DNA of 64,000 nt from Ginglymostoma cirratum (Eukaryota): assembly GCA_024137785.1 (NCBI GenBank), contig JAHRHZ010000222.1, forward strand, positions 31,109,996-31,173,995. Direction: 5' to 3'. This document shows positions 60,831 through 64,000 of this stretch, piece after piece; position 1 is the first letter of the stretch; each line of letters opens with the position of its first letter. Under the pieces are notes generated by a model, which had not been told where the DNA came from, ran no database searches, and worked only from the letters and a program-made list of their open reading frames with translations. The position numbers and the translations under genes were made by a program.

Positions 60831-63800
60831 CCTCAGTTTGGGTGGGTCACGTCCTCAAGGGATGTGGGAGGTGCCCATGCATGCTGACAGAGACATCAGA
60901 GGATTGTCATCTCAGGACACTACAGAGGTGTTCTGCCACATCAACTCCCTTCTACCAGGGCCCAAATACCTCTATCTGCTTAGACTGAGAGGAGATTTCA
61001 CTAAGGCATGTGCAGGATACTCCAGCAGACTGGGACCCTCTCGGCCCAGGACGACCAGAGGATGACTGCCAAAGCAATCTGTAACCAGGCATCAAAACAG
61101 TCAATAGGCTTCGTTAGCTTACCTGAAGCTGTGGAGGTACCAGCCAGATGGGAAGCAAATACAAAAAAAATTAAATTCACTTTGGCTGCATAGGTGTGAA
61201 AATTTTATAAAGCACAGACATGTAAATAAATGCACCATAAGTTTCCACAATCCTTTTGTCTGGTGCACGCTGGTTCTACCTCAGTGGTTTTGTATTGCCA
61301 CCTGGAGTGCAATGGGACAGAATGGAGCATTGTGAGTTTGGTGTGTAAGGGAGTGCATCTTTTGACTGTAGTCTCTTTTTATAAAATCTAATGCTGCTCA
61401 CCCGCACGAGCATCTTATTTAAGTTTGTTGCTTTCTTCCAAGCAAAGGTGGGACAAATTAAACTCTCTGCTGGAGAGAAGGTGAGAGCAGTTGATTAAAT
61501 AACTGGCCTAAACTGGTTCTGTAACTGCCAGATAGCAAACTCATCTGAATCTAGAGAGAGAGGTCTTTTGGCGTAGTGGTAATGTCCCTACTTCTGGGGT
61601 AAAGGATCCAGATTCACCTCCCAATGCCAGAGGTATATCACCATATGTCTGAATAGGTTCCGTAAACATAGCTCTCAATAAGGGTGGTTAACTGCAATGG
61701 GACAGAATGCATTATTGCACTCAAATAAAGTTGAATGGAGTGAGATATTTTCTTTATTTTCTTTTCCTATCATTGCCAGCCTTCAGCTGACCAGGATTTT
61801 GAAAGCTACATGAGCTCACTGAGTTTGAAAAACAATATTAAAGAGAGGCATTACAGGAAAGCTGTGAATTTATTGGTCTCTAATCTTCAATTCATAATAA
61901 TTAATACAGAAGTATGCTTAGGTTATGGCAGAGCAGCTTGGCCATGTGGAATGCCCATCTTGTGGTACATGGGGAGTCATAGACACTTCACTTGACCTAT
62001 ACGAACATAAGTGCAGGGAATATCCAACTGCAGAAACTTGAGCTGTAGACTTCAGAACTTGAGCAATAGCTAAATTACTAATAGCTGAGTCAAACAAGAA
62101 GAAAGGCACCACCAAACCTGTTTCCTGAGAGCGAGGTGGACCAAGTAGATTAATGAGGGTGTATTTAGGGGTCAGTGATCATTGAAGAATAGAACGGCAG
62201 TGGAAAAGGACACTGAACAATTTATAGTAAAAAATAACTAATGGGGGAGAGCTGACTTCACTGGGGTACAGAGTTTGGCTAAATAAAGTGAAGCCAAAGG
62301 TTGGCAAGAGACAGTCCGGCCTTTTCTTTAGCTACTTATGTTGTCATATGGTACTTCTACATGGCAAACTGCAACCATAACTCCCATATTTACTATAATC
62401 TGTACATTCATATGCATCCACAGTAATCCTGATTTAAACTTTATTACTTTCTCCATAATTCCAACTTCATCTATGGATTTTCTATGCTCTGTACAAGTGC
62501 CTTCTAAATCTCCAGGTATTTGGTGCATCTTGTTTCTCCTGTTTAATACTCTCTCATGGTTTCCACATGCTTGCTGAACAACATTCCCTCTAAGCTGCAT
62601 GGATGCCTGGTTCCTAAAGTCACTGCTGCACATGGACTTCAAAGGTCTGTGCAGAAGAAAAACAACTTAGCAGAACTGCTGAGTTAGATTAAAGTCCTAA
62701 AAAGGTTGTTATGCATTGCCAGGAGCTCAAACTTGAACTCAGAATGTGTGGCAGGTGAAAATTCTACCACTGCACTGATTCAATTTCAAAGTTAGCAGGT
62801 TGTAATGAGCTTCCACCATCATGTGAAGGTGTTAAGGGAGGGCACTAATCGGGAAGCTCAAGAAGCTATGCCAGATCTTCAGCAGCATGTCATGATGACA
62901 AGGGAGGGCAGTCAGAGAAGTCAGATGGAATTTCTCTGGAAGAAAGGCTCTAGAACAAAAACACTGAGAACATCTCACTAAGTCATATGGGTCCCTCATC
63001 AGTTTGAGATGGCAATAAGTGATTTCTGAAGTGGTTTCCTCAAGGGAGGAAGGAAGATGGGAGCTGGTTTAATTAATGGCTCAACTGGTAAATAATTGAA
63101 CAGGAAAGATATCAGAGAAGCAGTTTTCCATGATCCTGTCCCAAATCAGAGTGGATAATTGCAGAAAGTAAGGGGAATTCAGGCTTGCTCCCAGTTCCAG
63201 CTGTGAAGGCTGCTTTTACCCTCTTCATTGCCCATTAGAAGGTAACGTCAGAGGAAAATCAAATTCAGCTTAGTCATTTCCTGGGGGCTATTTCACCCTG
63301 CTCCATGAGAATAATGTTGATTGATGGGTTCTGACAACCTTAAGCCCTGCCTTCAATTGTTAATTTCAAAAATGAGATCAATAGATATTTGTTATCAAAA
63401 GGCATCAAAGGATATAGGGCAAGGATGGTTACATGGAATTGGCCACAGATCAGCCATGATCTCATTGAATGGAAGAACTTGTTCAAAGGACTAATGACAT
63501 TCTTCTGATTCCTCCAATTAATGCTAATTTTCTGTTAGTCGCAGTAGTACTATATAAAACAACTTTGTTCCAAATTTGTCTTTGCTAAATCTCCCTATTA
63601 ATCATTGAAAAAAAACAGTTAAAATGTTGCTTGCAGTATCAGTAATTTACAAACTGAATTGTTTTCAGAGTGGTGTTTGCTTTCTTCCAAATATTCAAAC
63701 TATGAGTAGTTAATCCAGTTGGATATGTTCTTCTCAGCCTGGGGGAATTGATTGTGAAATATTGAACATCCTGAAAAACTGAAATATTCCTTTATTCACT

Positions 63801-64000
63801 CTCATGATATGAGCATCACTAGCAGGACCAGCATTTATTGACCCTCTCTAATTGCCCTGAGACTAAAATTGATTAAAAAAACTGAAATAAAATAATGAAA
63901 TTAAATGAAAAATATATTTCTATTATGGTCCGTTACACCTCCAGGTTACAGAATGTTTTGAACTTAGCACTGGCTCTATACTTAGTTGCAAGCAATTTAA

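Noticed and set aside
60830-61200. Possible Harbinger transposase remnant (also 37600-38530)
   Set aside because: Resemblance too faint to support without a profile search.
1-64000. CRISPR arrays, prokaryotic operons, rRNA or endogenous non-retroviral virus ORFs
   Set aside because: None seen; the recurring short repeats are dispersed transposon termini, and no long unexplained ORF exists.

Overview
Vertebrate genomic DNA, most likely a cartilaginous fish (shark); this is inferred from HE1/V-SINE-type, Deu-type SINE and CR1/HER1-type repeats. Two protein-coding genes are supported, both on the minus strand. (1) A complete 7-exon POP4 (RNase P/MRP subunit p29): CDS 26126->9830, 663 nt, 220 aa. 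(2) About 3.5 kb downstream, the first two coding exons (signal peptide and V-set Ig domain) of a B7-family, NCR3LG1/B7-H6-like gene that runs off the left edge; it has a consensus IRF element and an ETS site just upstream. The rest is transposon-rich: CR1, Rex/Babar and L2/Crack-like LINEs, a decayed Gypsy element and SINEs. The most striking pattern is a set of at least 8 Penelope-like element (PLE) insertions. Most are TSD-flanked fold-back (inverted) structures with an asymmetric ~35-nt tail. Their termini carry minimal hammerhead-ribozyme cores, several in sense orientation inside host introns, and their inversion/truncation points cluster at the ribozyme. All three 400-N assembly gaps lie inside these fold-backs. 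A weak candidate terminal exon (VSTM2B by synteny) lies at ~39.7-39.8 kb.
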